Shown in pieces: positions 28,557 through 39,061 of a stretch of 64,000 nucleotides of DNA. The stretch is from Gemmatimonadaceae bacterium. Its GTDB lineage: Bacteria; Gemmatimonadota; Gemmatimonadetes; Gemmatimonadales; Gemmatimonadaceae. The notes beneath the pieces are model-generated. The model made no database searches, was not told the origin of the DNA, and was given only the letters and a program-made list of their open reading frames with translations. The position numbers and the translations under genes are program-made. The stretch spans positions 258,303-322,302 of the forward strand of contig JBBDYC010000009.1 of assembly GCA_040901985.1 (NCBI GenBank), read 5' to 3'. Position 1 is the first letter of the stretch. Every line of letters starts with the position of its first letter.

Positions 28557-29145
28557 GGCAGGTGAGTTTGAGAGCCTGATAATAGCACAGCCCTACGAAT
28601 CTGCGCTGCCAGTGCCAAGAAGGAGTCGAGGAGCCTCACGGCCTCCAACTCAGCAGACGTACCACCGCAGGGCACAGCACGCATCACCGCGCTTCGTTGA
28701 GGCGCCAGTTCTGAGTCAGTACTGGCCTCGGTCTTGAGCTGAGAGCACTCAGGCTCCCTGCCGTTCAAGTGCGCAATCTCCCGTGCTAGAGCTTCACGTT
28801 GAGCGCGCGCCTGACTCCGGTCCAGGGACTTAGCACCTTGGGTTCAGCGCGGCGTCTTGGCGCTAGGAGTAACTTCGGTATATATTCGGTTGCCGTCCGT
28901 CCCGGCTCTGCGGAGCAGCTCGGCGCCTTGGCTAAGCAGGAGAGGACCTGCAGAAGGCGTTTTTGCTTCGACGAACGAGGTTGACAGGTGACCTGGATTC
29001 ACCTCGCTCGGATCAGCACTTGTTCTCGTCTTGGATTCACAAATCGTGCCGGAGCAGGAGCGCTATCGCGACGTTTTCCGCGGCGAATCTCGTGATATCA
29101 TTGGGCCAGCAGCATCGCCAATCTTATGCTAACAGAAATGACCTC

Positions 29146-30897
29146 ATGAAGAATGGAACACTAAAGATCACGACTCAACAGCCACAGTCGCTCCTCGCAC
29201 GAGGCTCGACCACAAGCGGTCGCTTCTCTCAACTTGATGCCACAAAACTGAGAGGTGGCTACTACACTCCGACCGCACTGGCCGACTGGCTCTGCGCTTG
29301 GGCTATTCGGTCAAAGAATGACCTAGTACTCGAACCAAGTTGCGGCGATGGCGCTTTTCTCGAAGCCGCCTCTAAGAAACTGCGCGCCCTAGGTTCGCGC
29401 GATTCGGTGCGAGCAGGGCGCCTTCTCGGTGTTGAGGTCATTCCCGCCGAAGCTACCAAGGCTACTGCCCGGCTACGAGTCTCGCTTGGAGCGAGTGCAG
29501 CCGGAGTGGTCGCCACAGACGACTTTTTCGCTTGGTGGAAACGGCCAGATCGACCGCTCGTTGATGCGGTTGTCGGGAATCCACCGTTCATCCGATATCA
29601 GAGTTTCCCGGAACCAAGCCGCAACCGAGCGATGTCCATCATGCAGGAACTCGGACTCCGGCCCAACCGCTTGACAAATATTTGGGTTCCCTTCGTCGTA
29701 GCGGCGGCCGCGAGCCTGCGTCCTGGGGGCCGTATGGCGCTCGTGATTCCAGCTGAGTTGCTCCAAGTGTCCTACGCATCACAGCTGCGTTCGTTTCTCA
29801 CGAATCGCTTTGGGCGCATTGACCTCATCACCTGCAATGAACTCTTCTTCGAGAACGCTGAGCAGGAGGTACTTCTGCTATTGGCGGACGATGCGAAGGC
29901 GCGCCCTTCGAAAGACAATGTTTGTCGCATGACGCTCACGGAGACGAGAACTGTCGCTGATCTTGTGAGCCGTAGGCCAAGCGATGTCCTCAGAGGTGCA
30001 GAGTCCAAGAGCGTTCACCATGCCTCCGAAAAGTGGCTTAAGTTCTTCCTAACAGGGGCCGAAATCGACTTCATGCGTAGGCTAAGAGCGTCTAGCCGAA
30101 CGAATACACTGGCGGCGTTCGCCTCGGTCGATGTCGGTGTGGTCACCGGCAAGAATAAGTTCTTCGTCCTCAATGAGGATGCGATCAATGAGCACAACCT
30201 GAGTAAGTACACAGTGCCACTGGTGTCTCGATCATCACATCTGGCTGGCGCGAAGATCGGCAGGAAAGAATGGCAACAACTCGCCTCGGCTGGCGACCTT
30301 GTTCATTTGTTGCACCTCGCACCACGAAACGGAGGAAAATTGCCGCTTCCGTTGAGTGCGTATATCAAGGCCGGTGAGGATGACCAACTTCACATGGGAT
30401 ACAAGTGCTCCATTAGGAAGCCGTGGTACGCGGTGCCCTCGGTGTGGGTTCCTGACGCGTTCATGTTTAGGCAGATATATGACTTCCCTCGCGTGGTCCT
30501 AAACGGCGCTGACGCCACATCGACCGACACGATCCACCGCATGAATTGCAAAGTCAAACCCGCACTTCTTCTCGCCAATCTTTACACGCACCTAACGGCA
30601 GCGTCGGCGGAAATCGAAGGACGCAGCTACGGTGGAGGCGTGCTAGAGCTCGAACCAACCGAAGCTGAGCGGTTGCTCGTCCCGATGGAACTTGGCGCCG
30701 CTCTGCCACTGAGCGAGTGCGATCGACTCGTCCGTGCTGGTCGACTCGACGAGATTCTTCTGGAAAACGATCGGCGCGTCCTTATGGATCAAATGGGACT
30801 TTCCCGGTCCGACTGTAGGATGCTTCGGCGCATATGGGAAAAGATGCGCGATCGTCGATTGGCCCGCAGACGGACCGGACGTCCGTCAACAGCATGA
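29146..30897 (+). CDS. N6-adenine DNA methyltransferase (gamma class)
   Basis: GGYYTP, LEPSCGDGAF, NPPF; start uncertain. Confidence 0.9.
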   Translation: MKNGTLKITTQQPQSLLARGSTTSGRFSQLDATKLRGGYYTPTALADWLCAWAIRSKNDLVLEPSCGDGAFLEAASKKLRALGSRDSVRAGRLLGVEVIPAEATKATARLRVSLGASAAGVVATDDFFAWWKRPDRPLVDAVVGNPPFIRYQSFPEPSRNRAMSIMQELGLRPNRLTNIWVPFVVAAAASLRPGGRMALVIPAELLQVSYASQLRSFLTNRFGRIDLITCNELFFENAEQEVLLLLADDAKARPSKDNVCRMTLTETRTVADLVSRRPSDVLRGAESKSVHHASEKWLKFFLTGAEIDFMRRLRASSRTNTLAAFASVDVGVVTGKNKFFVLNEDAINEHNLSKYTVPLVSRSSHLAGAKIGRKEWQQLASAGDLVHLLHLAPRNGGKLPLPLSAYIKAGEDDQLHMGYKCSIRKPWYAVPSVWVPDAFMFRQIYDFPRVVLNGADATSTDTIHRMNCKVKPALLLANLYTHLTAASAEIEGRSYGGGVLELEPTEAERLLVPMELGAALPLSECDRLVRAGRLDEILLENDRRVLMDQMGLSRSDCRMLRRIWEKMRDRRLARRRTGRPSTA

Positions 30898-33800
30898 CTG
30901 AACACGAGACCAAGGTTGCCGCCAAAGCGCGAGTGGCGGATCTGGTACGCGCCTTCAAGTTGAATGAGGCGGACTACAATCGCCCCCATTACAACGAAAC
31001 GCAAGCACGTACCGATTTCATAACGCCTCTTCTCGAAGCGTTCGGGTGGGATGTCCACAATTCGATCGGCTCTTCACTAGCATTGCGGGAAGTCATCGAA
31101 GAATCCACAGTCGAGGTGGGCGAGGAGCGCCTGTCCAAACGACCGGACTATGAGCTACGTCTCGCCCGACAACGCAAGCTCTTTGTGGAAGCGAAGAAGC
31201 CGAGCGTGCGCATTGACCGGGACCTCGCACCCGCGTTTCAGGTGCGCCGATATGGATACTCAGCCAGCCTGCCAATCTCTGTTGTCACCAACTTTCGTCA
31301 GCTCGCGATCTATGATTGTCGAGTCGTGCCAGCTGACACGGACTTGCCGCATGTAGCCCGGCTGATGCTCGTCGAGTGTGACGCATTCGAAACGCGCTTC
31401 GACGACCTGTGGCCGTTGCTTGCGCGTGACTCAGTCTACTCCGGCGCGTTTGATGCGCATTTTGACATTGGAGCAACACGACAAGGCGCCGATCAATTCG
31501 ACGACCTCTTCCTTTCTCAAGTGCGCGAGTGGCGCGAACGCCTGGCGATCGATATCCACGCCAACACTCCTGGCTTGTCAGCCGAAGAGTTGACCTACAC
31601 AGTTCAACTATTTCTGTCCCGTATAGTCTTTCTCCGCATCTGCGAAGACCGCGAAATAGAAAAATACGAAACGCTGAAGAACCTCGATGAAGCGAGCACG
31701 TTCGCCTCACTCGTGGCAGTTTTGCGCCGCGCCGACGAGTTCTACAATTCCGGACTGTTCCGCTTGCTTGACGACGAGCGCCTGGGCATTCGCATAAGCG
31801 ATGGAGTACTACACAGCTTGATAAGCGAATTGTATTATCCATACAGCCCGTTCAATTTCGCTGTTGTCGAAACGAAGGTCTTGGGGGAAATCTACGAGCA
31901 GCTTCTTGGCGAGATAATCGTTGTCGCAGGCGCCAACGTTGAAATCGTCAATACACCCGAGGTGCGTGCCAGCGGCGGCGTTGTACCAACGCCGGCTTTC
32001 ATTGCCGATGCGATTGTTGCTCGAACCATTGGGCCACAAATAAAGGCGCGAAGCCCCGACGAGCTCACAGACTTCACTGTTGCAGATATCTGCTGCGGCT
32101 CCGGAACATTTCTACTCTCTGCCTTTGAGTTGCTGCTTGACCATTACCTGAGCTGGTACACCAAGCACGACCGCCCCTCTCATGCTGGACACAGAATTTA
32201 TGAAGTCGCTGGAGGCCAATGGCGCCTGACCTTCGAGGAGAAGCGCCGCATTCTTCTCTCACATTTGCGCGGTGTCGACATTGATGCGAACGCCGTCGAG
32301 GTGACGCAGCTCAGCCTTCTGCTGAAGCTCATTGAAGACGAGAGCGCTGATGCCCTCAAGGATTTCGTTGTGCGTCAGCGCGTTGCTGCGCTTCCGTCTC
32401 TTGATGCTGTGGTCCGCTGTGGCAACAGCCTCGTGAGTGAGGTGGAGTGGCAACGGGTGTCCGGCCCGATACCCACATCGATGCGCGCGAGGCTGAATCC
32501 ATTTCAATGGCAAGCCGAGTTCCCGGCCGAGTTCGCGCGGGGAGGATTTGACGCCATCGTTGGCAATCCACCGTACGTTCGCATCCAGAACTTGGTGGCG
32601 TACGCACCGGAAGAGGTGAGCTACTACGGCAGCCCCGCGTCTCCCTATACCACCGCGCAACAGGACAATTTTGACAAGTACGCATTGGTCGTCGAACGAG
32701 CCTTGACCCTTGTGCAGCAACACGGACGAGTCGGTGTCATCGTGCCACATAAGTTCATGAGCACCCAGGCGGGCCGAACTATGCGCCGACTCGTGACAAC
32801 CGATCATGCGTTAGAGGAGATAGTTCACTTTGGTGTGAAACAGGTCTTCGGCAAACACACGTCTACCTACTCGTGCATTTTGATTTTGGATCGAAGCGGG
32901 GCTGATTCGGTGAGACTTGAAATGACCGGCGCATTGGAATCATGGCGCTACGGTCACCAAGGAACTCTCACTACGATTCCAGCCGCCGACCTTGGCGAGG
33001 AGACGTGGCAGTTCGCCGCCGACGACGTGAGGGCACTTTTTGCCCGCGTTCGCGCCGCGTGCCCGCTCACTCTTTCTGCGGTCGCCGAAATTCTTGTTGG
33101 CCTCCAGACCAGCGCCGACAAAGTCTTCATCGTGCATTCTGAGTTCGAGGGCGCTGACACGGTGACGTGCCGCTGGAACGGCCGCGAGTGGCCTATCGAA
33201 CGTGGCATCCTTCGCCCAGTTCTACACGACGCGCAACTCAGTCCGTACGGTCGAGTAACCGCAAATGCTTGGTTGATTTTCCCTTACGACTTCACGCTCA
33301 CTTCGACGGGGAGCAAGCGGGCAAGTCTCATACAGCCGGATGAACTGTCGACCCGCTATCCGCTCGCGTTGGCATACCTGAACGCGCGCCGAAGTGAGCT
33401 CGAGGGGAGAAATATTGTCGGTGGATCTGCGATTGAGCGGCAGTGGTACCAGTACGGTCGATCGCAGAGCTTGACGAAGTTTGACTCCCCCAAAATCGTC
33501 CTTCCGGCGCTTTCGGTGGAACCGCGATACGCATACGATGACGCGAACGTGATGATCACCGGAGGCGGCAACGGCCCGTACTACATGGTCCGCGCTCGCG
33601 CGGGCGTTGACATATCGAACCATTACTTGCTCGCGCTCCTCAATCATCCGATGAGCGAGGCCCTTGTACGGACAAACACGAGCACGTTCCGAGGCGGGTA
33701 CTATTCGCACGGCAAACAGTTCATCGAGAACCTGCCGATTCCGGTGCCCGATGACGCTAGTCGCAATGCGATCGAACAGCTCACCAGCACCCTCATTCAC

Positions 33801-33962
33801 GTTCTCGATGAACACGCTGCGGCACGGACCCCTCACGAACGGACCATCAAGGAACGTGAAATCATGGCGTTGAAGATCGAGATTGAGGAACGCGTGAGTT
33901 CGGCATTTGCCTTGACCCCGGCCGATCTGGCGACTGTCCTGTCAGTGTCTCCACCTGCTTGA
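30894..33962 (+). CDS. Type IIG (Eco57I-like) fused restriction-modification enzyme
   Basis: RPDY..VEAK nuclease, DICCGSGTF, NPPY, C-terminal TRD; ATGA overlap with the MTase. Confidence 0.85.
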   Translation: MTEHETKVAAKARVADLVRAFKLNEADYNRPHYNETQARTDFITPLLEAFGWDVHNSIGSSLALREVIEESTVEVGEERLSKRPDYELRLARQRKLFVEAKKPSVRIDRDLAPAFQVRRYGYSASLPISVVTNFRQLAIYDCRVVPADTDLPHVARLMLVECDAFETRFDDLWPLLARDSVYSGAFDAHFDIGATRQGADQFDDLFLSQVREWRERLAIDIHANTPGLSAEELTYTVQLFLSRIVFLRICEDREIEKYETLKNLDEASTFASLVAVLRRADEFYNSGLFRLLDDERLGIRISDGVLHSLISELYYPYSPFNFAVVETKVLGEIYEQLLGEIIVVAGANVEIVNTPEVRASGGVVPTPAFIADAIVARTIGPQIKARSPDELTDFTVADICCGSGTFLLSAFELLLDHYLSWYTKHDRPSHAGHRIYEVAGGQWRLTFEEKRRILLSHLRGVDIDANAVEVTQLSLLLKLIEDESADALKDFVVRQRVAALPSLDAVVRCGNSLVSEVEWQRVSGPIPTSMRARLNPFQWQAEFPAEFARGGFDAIVGNPPYVRIQNLVAYAPEEVSYYGSPASPYTTAQQDNFDKYALVVERALTLVQQHGRVGVIVPHKFMSTQAGRTMRRLVTTDHALEEIVHFGVKQVFGKHTSTYSCILILDRSGADSVRLEMTGALESWRYGHQGTLTTIPAADLGEETWQFAADDVRALFARVRAACPLTLSAVAEILVGLQTSADKVFIVHSEFEGADTVTCRWNGREWPIERGILRPVLHDAQLSPYGRVTANAWLIFPYDFTLTSTGSKRASLIQPDELSTRYPLALAYLNARRSELEGRNIVGGSAIERQWYQYGRSQSLTKFDSPKIVLPALSVEPRYAYDDANVMITGGGNGPYYMVRARAGVDISNHYLLALLNHPMSEALVRTNTSTFRGGYYSHGKQFIENLPIPVPDDASRNAIEQLTSTLIHVLDEHAAARTPHERTIKEREIMALKIEIEERVSSAFALTPADLATVLSVSPPA

Positions 33963-34081
33963 TAGCGGCTTTCCTCGTACTTCCGCACGGAACGCAGGAA
34001 CATCCCACTACTCAGTAGCGCGTGCTCATTCACATGGGCTGCGGCGCCTGAGGACATCGACGCTCGCGCAATGCGCGAGAC

Positions 34082-35293
34082 TTAGTGTCCATCGTCCGGC
34101 ACGATCCGGATCCTGATGGTTACTGGGATGTGATCGCTAAAACGACGTCGGAATATGTTGAAGTCCGATGGCAGCAGATCTACACGCACTCTCGCGAATG
34201 GCTCCCCCAGCTTCGAGACGAGTCCACCGGCACCCCCGGAGGCCATCATGTAATCGATCTGACTCTTCGGGGCGAGCGGGATGCCAGCAAGGCGAGTGCC
34301 GGGATAGTCGTCGCCATCGGATGGCGAGAGTGTTCTGAAACGAAGCCGATCTGGCGACAAGCTGTCCCAGAACATCTCTAGGTGGTTGTCATACCGACTC
34401 GCATTGAAATCTCCTGCGATAAGCACATCCCGCTCCCGCGGATCGAGGACTCCGTTGGCACTCATCGCATCGAGTTCCCGCGAGAGGACGGTCATCGCCG
34501 CGTCATGATTCTCGTTCAATTGCTGGCCCGAGGCGAGGTGCACGGCAACCACGAGCAAGTCGTTCATTCGCGCGCCAGACGCCCCAATGAACTGAAACGC
34601 GCAAACTAGGGGTCGGCGATCGAAGGTGTTCTTGTTCTGCACTTGCATCGCCGGCACTTGCATCTCGACACACTTCTCACGACGCGCCGCGCTGCTGTCA
34701 AAGAGTACAGCCAAGCGCTGCTGGCCCCCGCTCGGGGCGAGGTAGTAGCCCCACGAGCCCCCAAGATGTGTCAGCAAACGATCGAGCTCCTCGGACCGAG
34801 TGCTGGTTGCTCCGTTGATCTCGCTAAGGATCAGTACTTTGGCATCGAGCTGGTCGCGAATCATGACGGCCAGCGCCTGATAGTCGCCAGGCTCGCGCGG
34901 GCCGTACTTCGGGCCACCCCTCGTCGACTCGGGGAACCCTCTCTGCCTGTTGTCGTGGAGCCACTCGAGGTTCCACGTCCCTATCACATAGGTAGGTAGC
35001 TCGCCGGTAGCTTCCGGCTCATCGTCCTCATTCAGTACAGTGAGATAGGTTTGCGTAACCCAGCCACGAAGATTGTTGGCCTCGACTTGTCGCCACTGGG
35101 TTCGTGCGTCGATGGAGATCACGACGGCGACAGTTCCATTGGCCCACCGCACGTACGCCGGGTTGCCCGCCTCCGGATGCACGGGGATGCCAGCTGAGTT
35201 CGCTCCGGACATCAGAACTCGTTCACCGAGCTCTTGTGCCGATAGGTCTGCCGCCCCGAGCAGGAGTACGACCACAGCGACGCGTAAGCGCAT
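34082..35293 (-). CDS. Exported endonuclease/exonuclease/phosphatase with SH3-like domain
   Basis: Signal peptide, GWV, TWNLEW, VHLASG, AGDFN, IDY, SDH. Confidence 0.8.
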   Translation of the reverse strand: MRLRVAVVVLLLGAADLSAQELGERVLMSGANSAGIPVHPEAGNPAYVRWANGTVAVVISIDARTQWRQVEANNLRGWVTQTYLTVLNEDDEPEATGELPTYVIGTWNLEWLHDNRQRGFPESTRGGPKYGPREPGDYQALAVMIRDQLDAKVLILSEINGATSTRSEELDRLLTHLGGSWGYYLAPSGGQQRLAVLFDSSAARREKCVEMQVPAMQVQNKNTFDRRPLVCAFQFIGASGARMNDLLVVAVHLASGQQLNENHDAAMTVLSRELDAMSANGVLDPRERDVLIAGDFNASRYDNHLEMFWDSLSPDRLRFRTLSPSDGDDYPGTRLAGIPLAPKSQIDYMMASGGAGGLVSKLGEPFARVRVDLLPSDFNIFRRRFSDHIPVTIRIRIVPDDGH

Positions 35294-35669
35294 ACTCACC
35301 TCGTTGAGGAAGTGCCCCGCAGCATTCCAGGGACAACCAACCAGCACCCACTTCGGCTCGTCGTTGGTCGCCACTTCCGAGAATCTGATCCGGGATTGTC
35401 GCGGCGCTGGCAGATGCGAACGCGTGCGAATGTGTGGCGCTCCCCGGCTACCACGCAAGTCCTGAGCTAGGTCAGGAATCGATCGGCAACCCGAAGCGGG
35501 TTCGAGGGCCCGAGCTGGCGCGTGCACAGTCCGGGCACAAGCGCAACAAGGAGCCGAGACGCGCGCTCGACCGCGAGCGGTCGCCAAAATCTAGACCGCA
35601 CAGCTCCCGGCGATTGCAAAGCTGGCTGATTCGCTACCGGTCTGATTGCCCGCGGTTAGAACGTTGCAC

Positions 35670-35698
35670 TTGCGCTGTTCGCTGCGTCAGCTTACATT
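35670..35698 (+). promoter_or_regulatory. sigma70-like promoter, leaderless start of the Xre gene
   Basis: TTGCGC-N17-TACATT, 6 nt before GTG 35705. Confidence 0.45.
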
Positions 35699-35704
35699 GC
35701 GTTC

Positions 35705-36082
35705 GTGACTAAAGAAACGCTGGGACAAGCAATCCGTCGCCTGCGGCTGCAGGCGGGGTCAGGACTCCGGGCCTTCGCGAACAAAATCGAGGTCTCTGCC
35801 GCGTACCTCTCCGACGTCGAGCACGATCGGCGTGTTCCGACGACAGAGACTCTTCAGGCGATCGTCGGGGAGCTCGTCAAGGACGTACCTGTGACGTACG
35901 AAGAGTTGAGAGATCTTAGCACTCGCCTGGAGACAGATCTGCAGCGGATGGTGCAGCAACATCCAGAGGTCGGACAGCTATTGCGCGAAGTGAAGCAAAC
36001 GGGCCGCCCAGCGCGGGACGTCATTCGGGAGCTGCAGGAACACTTGAGAGACCTTCGGACCGAGACGGAAGATAAATCATGA
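35705..36082 (+). CDS. Xre-family HTH regulator
   Basis: LGQAIRRLR..VSAAYLSDVEHDRRVP. Confidence 0.85.
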   Translation: MTKETLGQAIRRLRLQAGSGLRAFANKIEVSAAYLSDVEHDRRVPTTETLQAIVGELVKDVPVTYEELRDLSTRLETDLQRMVQQHPEVGQLLREVKQTGRPARDVIRELQEHLRDLRTETEDKS

Positions 36083-36804
36083 GATCATGGAAAGACTCGC
36101 GCAGTCCGTGGGGAGTTCAGCTTCGCTTCGATGATCGCGAGTTCGAAGCGATGATGGACGAGATGCGCCATCGAACGGGCAGCGACGGGTTCACGCCGGG
36201 TCAGGGCGTGAACGTCGAGCTAGTCATGCTAAAGGCCATCGGCGTCGAAGCCGACTACGTAGAACTCCCGACTGGCACCCTTGGTCGTAGTCTCTTCGAC
36301 GCGGACGGTGGCGTTCGCATTGAAGTGTCGAGGGTGATTTCCGATGAGGCTGAGAAGAGCGCTATCGCTCGACGCCGACTCAGGACGACGTTGGCTCACG
36401 AATGCGGCCACGTGGCCTGCCATCGGTCACTGTTCATTCGCGACACAGAGTCGCTTTCTCTCTTCGCGGAGTCGCCTGCCACCACGATGACGGATCGTCG
36501 AATCCTGTGTCGGTCCGAAGGAATCGGCAGCACGTATCGCGGCGAATGGTGGGAGTTCCAAGCCAACCGTTGCATGGCCGCGCTTCTCCTCCCTCGTCAA
36601 ATGGTCGGCACTTCGGTGAGAAAGTTGTTGGCTGGTGGAGGGTTTTCCACTGCGATCGAGTGTCTGGAGCGTGGCGAAGGTGAGCGGCTCATCGGCGACC
36701 TGTCTTGCGAGTACGATGTCAGTCAGACAGCAACTCTCTATCGCCTACAGGGTCTCGGTTTCATTCCCAGTGCTTCTCAGTTCCAGATTCAGTTGATCGA
36801 TTGA
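36079..36804 (+). CDS. ImmA/IrrE-family metallopeptidase
   Basis: TTLAHECGH, EFQANRCMAALLLP, YDVS; ATGA overlap with the Xre gene. Confidence 0.9.
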   Translation: MRSWKDSRSPWGVQLRFDDREFEAMMDEMRHRTGSDGFTPGQGVNVELVMLKAIGVEADYVELPTGTLGRSLFDADGGVRIEVSRVISDEAEKSAIARRRLRTTLAHECGHVACHRSLFIRDTESLSLFAESPATTMTDRRILCRSEGIGSTYRGEWWEFQANRCMAALLLPRQMVGTSVRKLLAGGGFSTAIECLERGEGERLIGDLSCEYDVSQTATLYRLQGLGFIPSASQFQIQLID

Positions 36805-36883
36805 ACTTCCTCGAGGGACGGTCTCATTTTTTTGCCCGTGGTGTTCGCACCGTCCGCTGACACCGCGAACTGGAGATTCTATC

Positions 36884-37102
36884 ATGGCTAGACGGTACAC
36901 CGGCAACATGAATGGCGAGCGCTTCCTCGCCAACACCAGCCGTTCGAAGCTCGAGGTCCACGACCTCGACAACGAGAAGTCGAAGTGTCAGATCGACGAG
37001 ATCATTCGCGCGGGGCACGACAAGCCGTACAACTCACTCGCATCGGCGCAGGCAGATGGCTACGACAACTGCGCACACTGCATCGGCGGATCCAAGCGCT
37101 AA
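36884..37102 (+). CDS. Small putative Zn-binding protein
   Basis: GGAG RBS; EVH..C..GYDNCAHC. Confidence 0.7.
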   Translation: MARRYTGNMNGERFLANTSRSKLEVHDLDNEKSKCQIDEIIRAGHDKPYNSLASAQADGYDNCAHCIGGSKR

Positions 37103-37175
37103 GACGCCGACTCACCTCTCACCGAGCTTCGGGTGGTTTCGCATCGGCCACCCGGAGCTGCACCGAGTACCCGAA

Positions 37176-37616
37176 ATGACGTCACGCCAGCGCTATTCCG
37201 AAGACGATTTGAACGACATCTACAACCGCACCAGCGGGAAGTGCCACATCTGCCACAAGCGGCTCGCCTTCAAAAACTATGGTGCGCTAAAGGCGCGAGG
37301 CGCTTGGGAGGTTGAACACTCGCGTCCGCTGGCGCTCGGTGGTACGAATCACGGCAACAACCTGCGGCCAGTATGCCTCCCCTGCAATCGATCGAAGGAG
37401 ACGAAGGGCACACGTACAGCCAGAGGGTGGAACGGGCGCACCCGCGCCCCCCTTTCTGTGTCCAAGCGGCGCGCTACTAAGCAGGAAAGAGCGCTCGTCG
37501 GTGGCCTCGTGTTCGGGACTCTCGGCGCGCTGGTGGCCGGGCCGTTAGGGGCCATTGCTGGCGGGGTGCTCGGCGTCGGCCTCGGGCACGCTGAGGATCC
37601 CGATCAGCCGCATTGA
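37176..37616 (+). CDS. HNH endonuclease with C-terminal glycine-zipper membrane segment
   Basis: CHIC, VEHSRPLALGGTN..NLRPVCLPCN; GGLVFGTLGALVAGPLGAIAGGVLG. Confidence 0.85.
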   Translation: MTSRQRYSEDDLNDIYNRTSGKCHICHKRLAFKNYGALKARGAWEVEHSRPLALGGTNHGNNLRPVCLPCNRSKETKGTRTARGWNGRTRAPLSVSKRRATKQERALVGGLVFGTLGALVAGPLGAIAGGVLGVGLGHAEDPDQPH

Positions 37617-37672
37617 AGTATGCGAAAGGTCGTTCGTACAGTCCCAACATTCCATCTTAAAACGAGGTTCGC

Positions 37673-37912
37673 ATGTCCAGGCAAACGAGTAAACCTGTAG
37701 CTTCCAACGCGGCTCGCGTGCTCGCAGATCCGACTTCGAGCGCGGCCCAACGCTCCGCAGCGGCGAGCGCGCTCACCCAGCATCGATCATTCGTCGAGGA
37801 AACGAGCGCTCGCGCGGCATCGATTGCATCGCGCGTGATGCGTGATCCTCGGGCGACAACCGAGCAACGTTCGGCGGCTGCGAGCACACTCTCGCAACGC
37901 TCGAAGCGCTAA
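37673..37912 (+). CDS. Small protein with two tandem ~35-aa repeats
   Basis: GAGG RBS; TSxxxASxAxRVxxDPxxxxxQRSAAASxLxQ twice. Confidence 0.7.
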   Translation: MSRQTSKPVASNAARVLADPTSSAAQRSAAASALTQHRSFVEETSARAASIASRVMRDPRATTEQRSAAASTLSQRSKR

Positions 37913-38055
37913 GACCGCATATCCCCACTTCGCGCACCCAACAGTCGACCACTGCACGGCGCGCAACTTCCACCCTCGCGACCAAAGCACTGACCACCGG
38001 TACGATCCATAGCGGAGTCGAGACGGTCTAGCCGTCGTCGATCAGTTCCTTCCCC

Positions 38056-38103
38056 GGCGCCGTACCTGAGCCCCCAATGGCTCAGGTACGGCGCCTCCTT
38101 TTT
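38056..38103 (+). terminator. Intrinsic terminator
   Basis: 17-bp stem ggcgccgtacctgagcc followed by tccttttt. Confidence 0.75.
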
Positions 38104-38108
38104 CCGCC

Positions 38109-39002
38109 TTGGACGTGAGGTGCATGATGAACAAGAACACGTGTACGCGTTGGTCGTCTGCCAGTAGTAGCTCCGGCGAGGTTCTGGCCCTCACCAGCAC
38201 CACCACGCTTCAGATGCTCTCTCTGGCACTGCGAGAGGTTGCGCGGCTCCGCCACGCGCCCTCAGTCCATGCCGCCCTTTCCTCTGTGCGCGAGGGCTCG
38301 CCGCAAGCCATCCTGATCGAGTATGACGCAGTCGCGCCGGGGTCGTCAGAAGTGGTAGGCCAACTTGCCGACAGGTCGACCGGACCCGTGGTCGCCCTGT
38401 ACTCGGGATGGACCCCCGAGATCGCCGGTCTCCTTCTGAAGTACGGTAGATACGGCGTTCAAGAGGTTGTAGACGTCTCCACGAAGGACGGTCTATGTCA
38501 ACTCCGGGAGATCCTCACTCGATTGAGCGTGAGCATCGGGACTCGGGTGGCGGGCGTTTTCGAGCGGGATCTTCAAGAGGTCTCCGCTGAGATGCGGTTC
38601 TTCCTGACTACCGTCCTCCGCGCGGCTCCGCAGGTCACAACAGCTAGGTGTCTGTCCAGAGAACTCGGCGTGAACGCAAGTACCCTGGTCTCTCGCTTCT
38701 ATCGGGCACGCCTGCCCTCACCCAAGATGTACCTCGCGCTAACGAGGCTGCTCTACGCCTCAGTCCTTCTCGAGGACAGGCGTCGCTCAATCGCACAGGT
38801 GGCGAATCAGCTGCGATACTCCTCACCACAATCGTTCGGGCGTCACATCCGAGGGCTCACTGGCCTGACAGCCGGCGCATTTCGTGAGCGTAGTTACGAA
38901 TCGATCACCGCGCACGTAGTACACCAGATCATCGGCAAGCACCGCGATACGGTGCAGGTCTTCCGTCCATTCACGATGAGGTTCGAAGCTCCGCCCGACT
39001 AG
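38109..39002 (+). CDS. AraC-type HTH regulator with receiver-like N-terminus
   Basis: SIAQVANQLRYSSPQSFGRHIR; start uncertain. Confidence 0.8.
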   Translation: MDVRCMMNKNTCTRWSSASSSSGEVLALTSTTTLQMLSLALREVARLRHAPSVHAALSSVREGSPQAILIEYDAVAPGSSEVVGQLADRSTGPVVALYSGWTPEIAGLLLKYGRYGVQEVVDVSTKDGLCQLREILTRLSVSIGTRVAGVFERDLQEVSAEMRFFLTTVLRAAPQVTTARCLSRELGVNASTLVSRFYRARLPSPKMYLALTRLLYASVLLEDRRRSIAQVANQLRYSSPQSFGRHIRGLTGLTAGAFRERSYESITAHVVHQIIGKHRDTVQVFRPFTMRFEAPPD

Positions 39003-39061
39003 ACATGACGTGTGGCAACCCTAAAGACCAGTCGCAATGCGCCTGGTCTTTTCCTTGCCCG

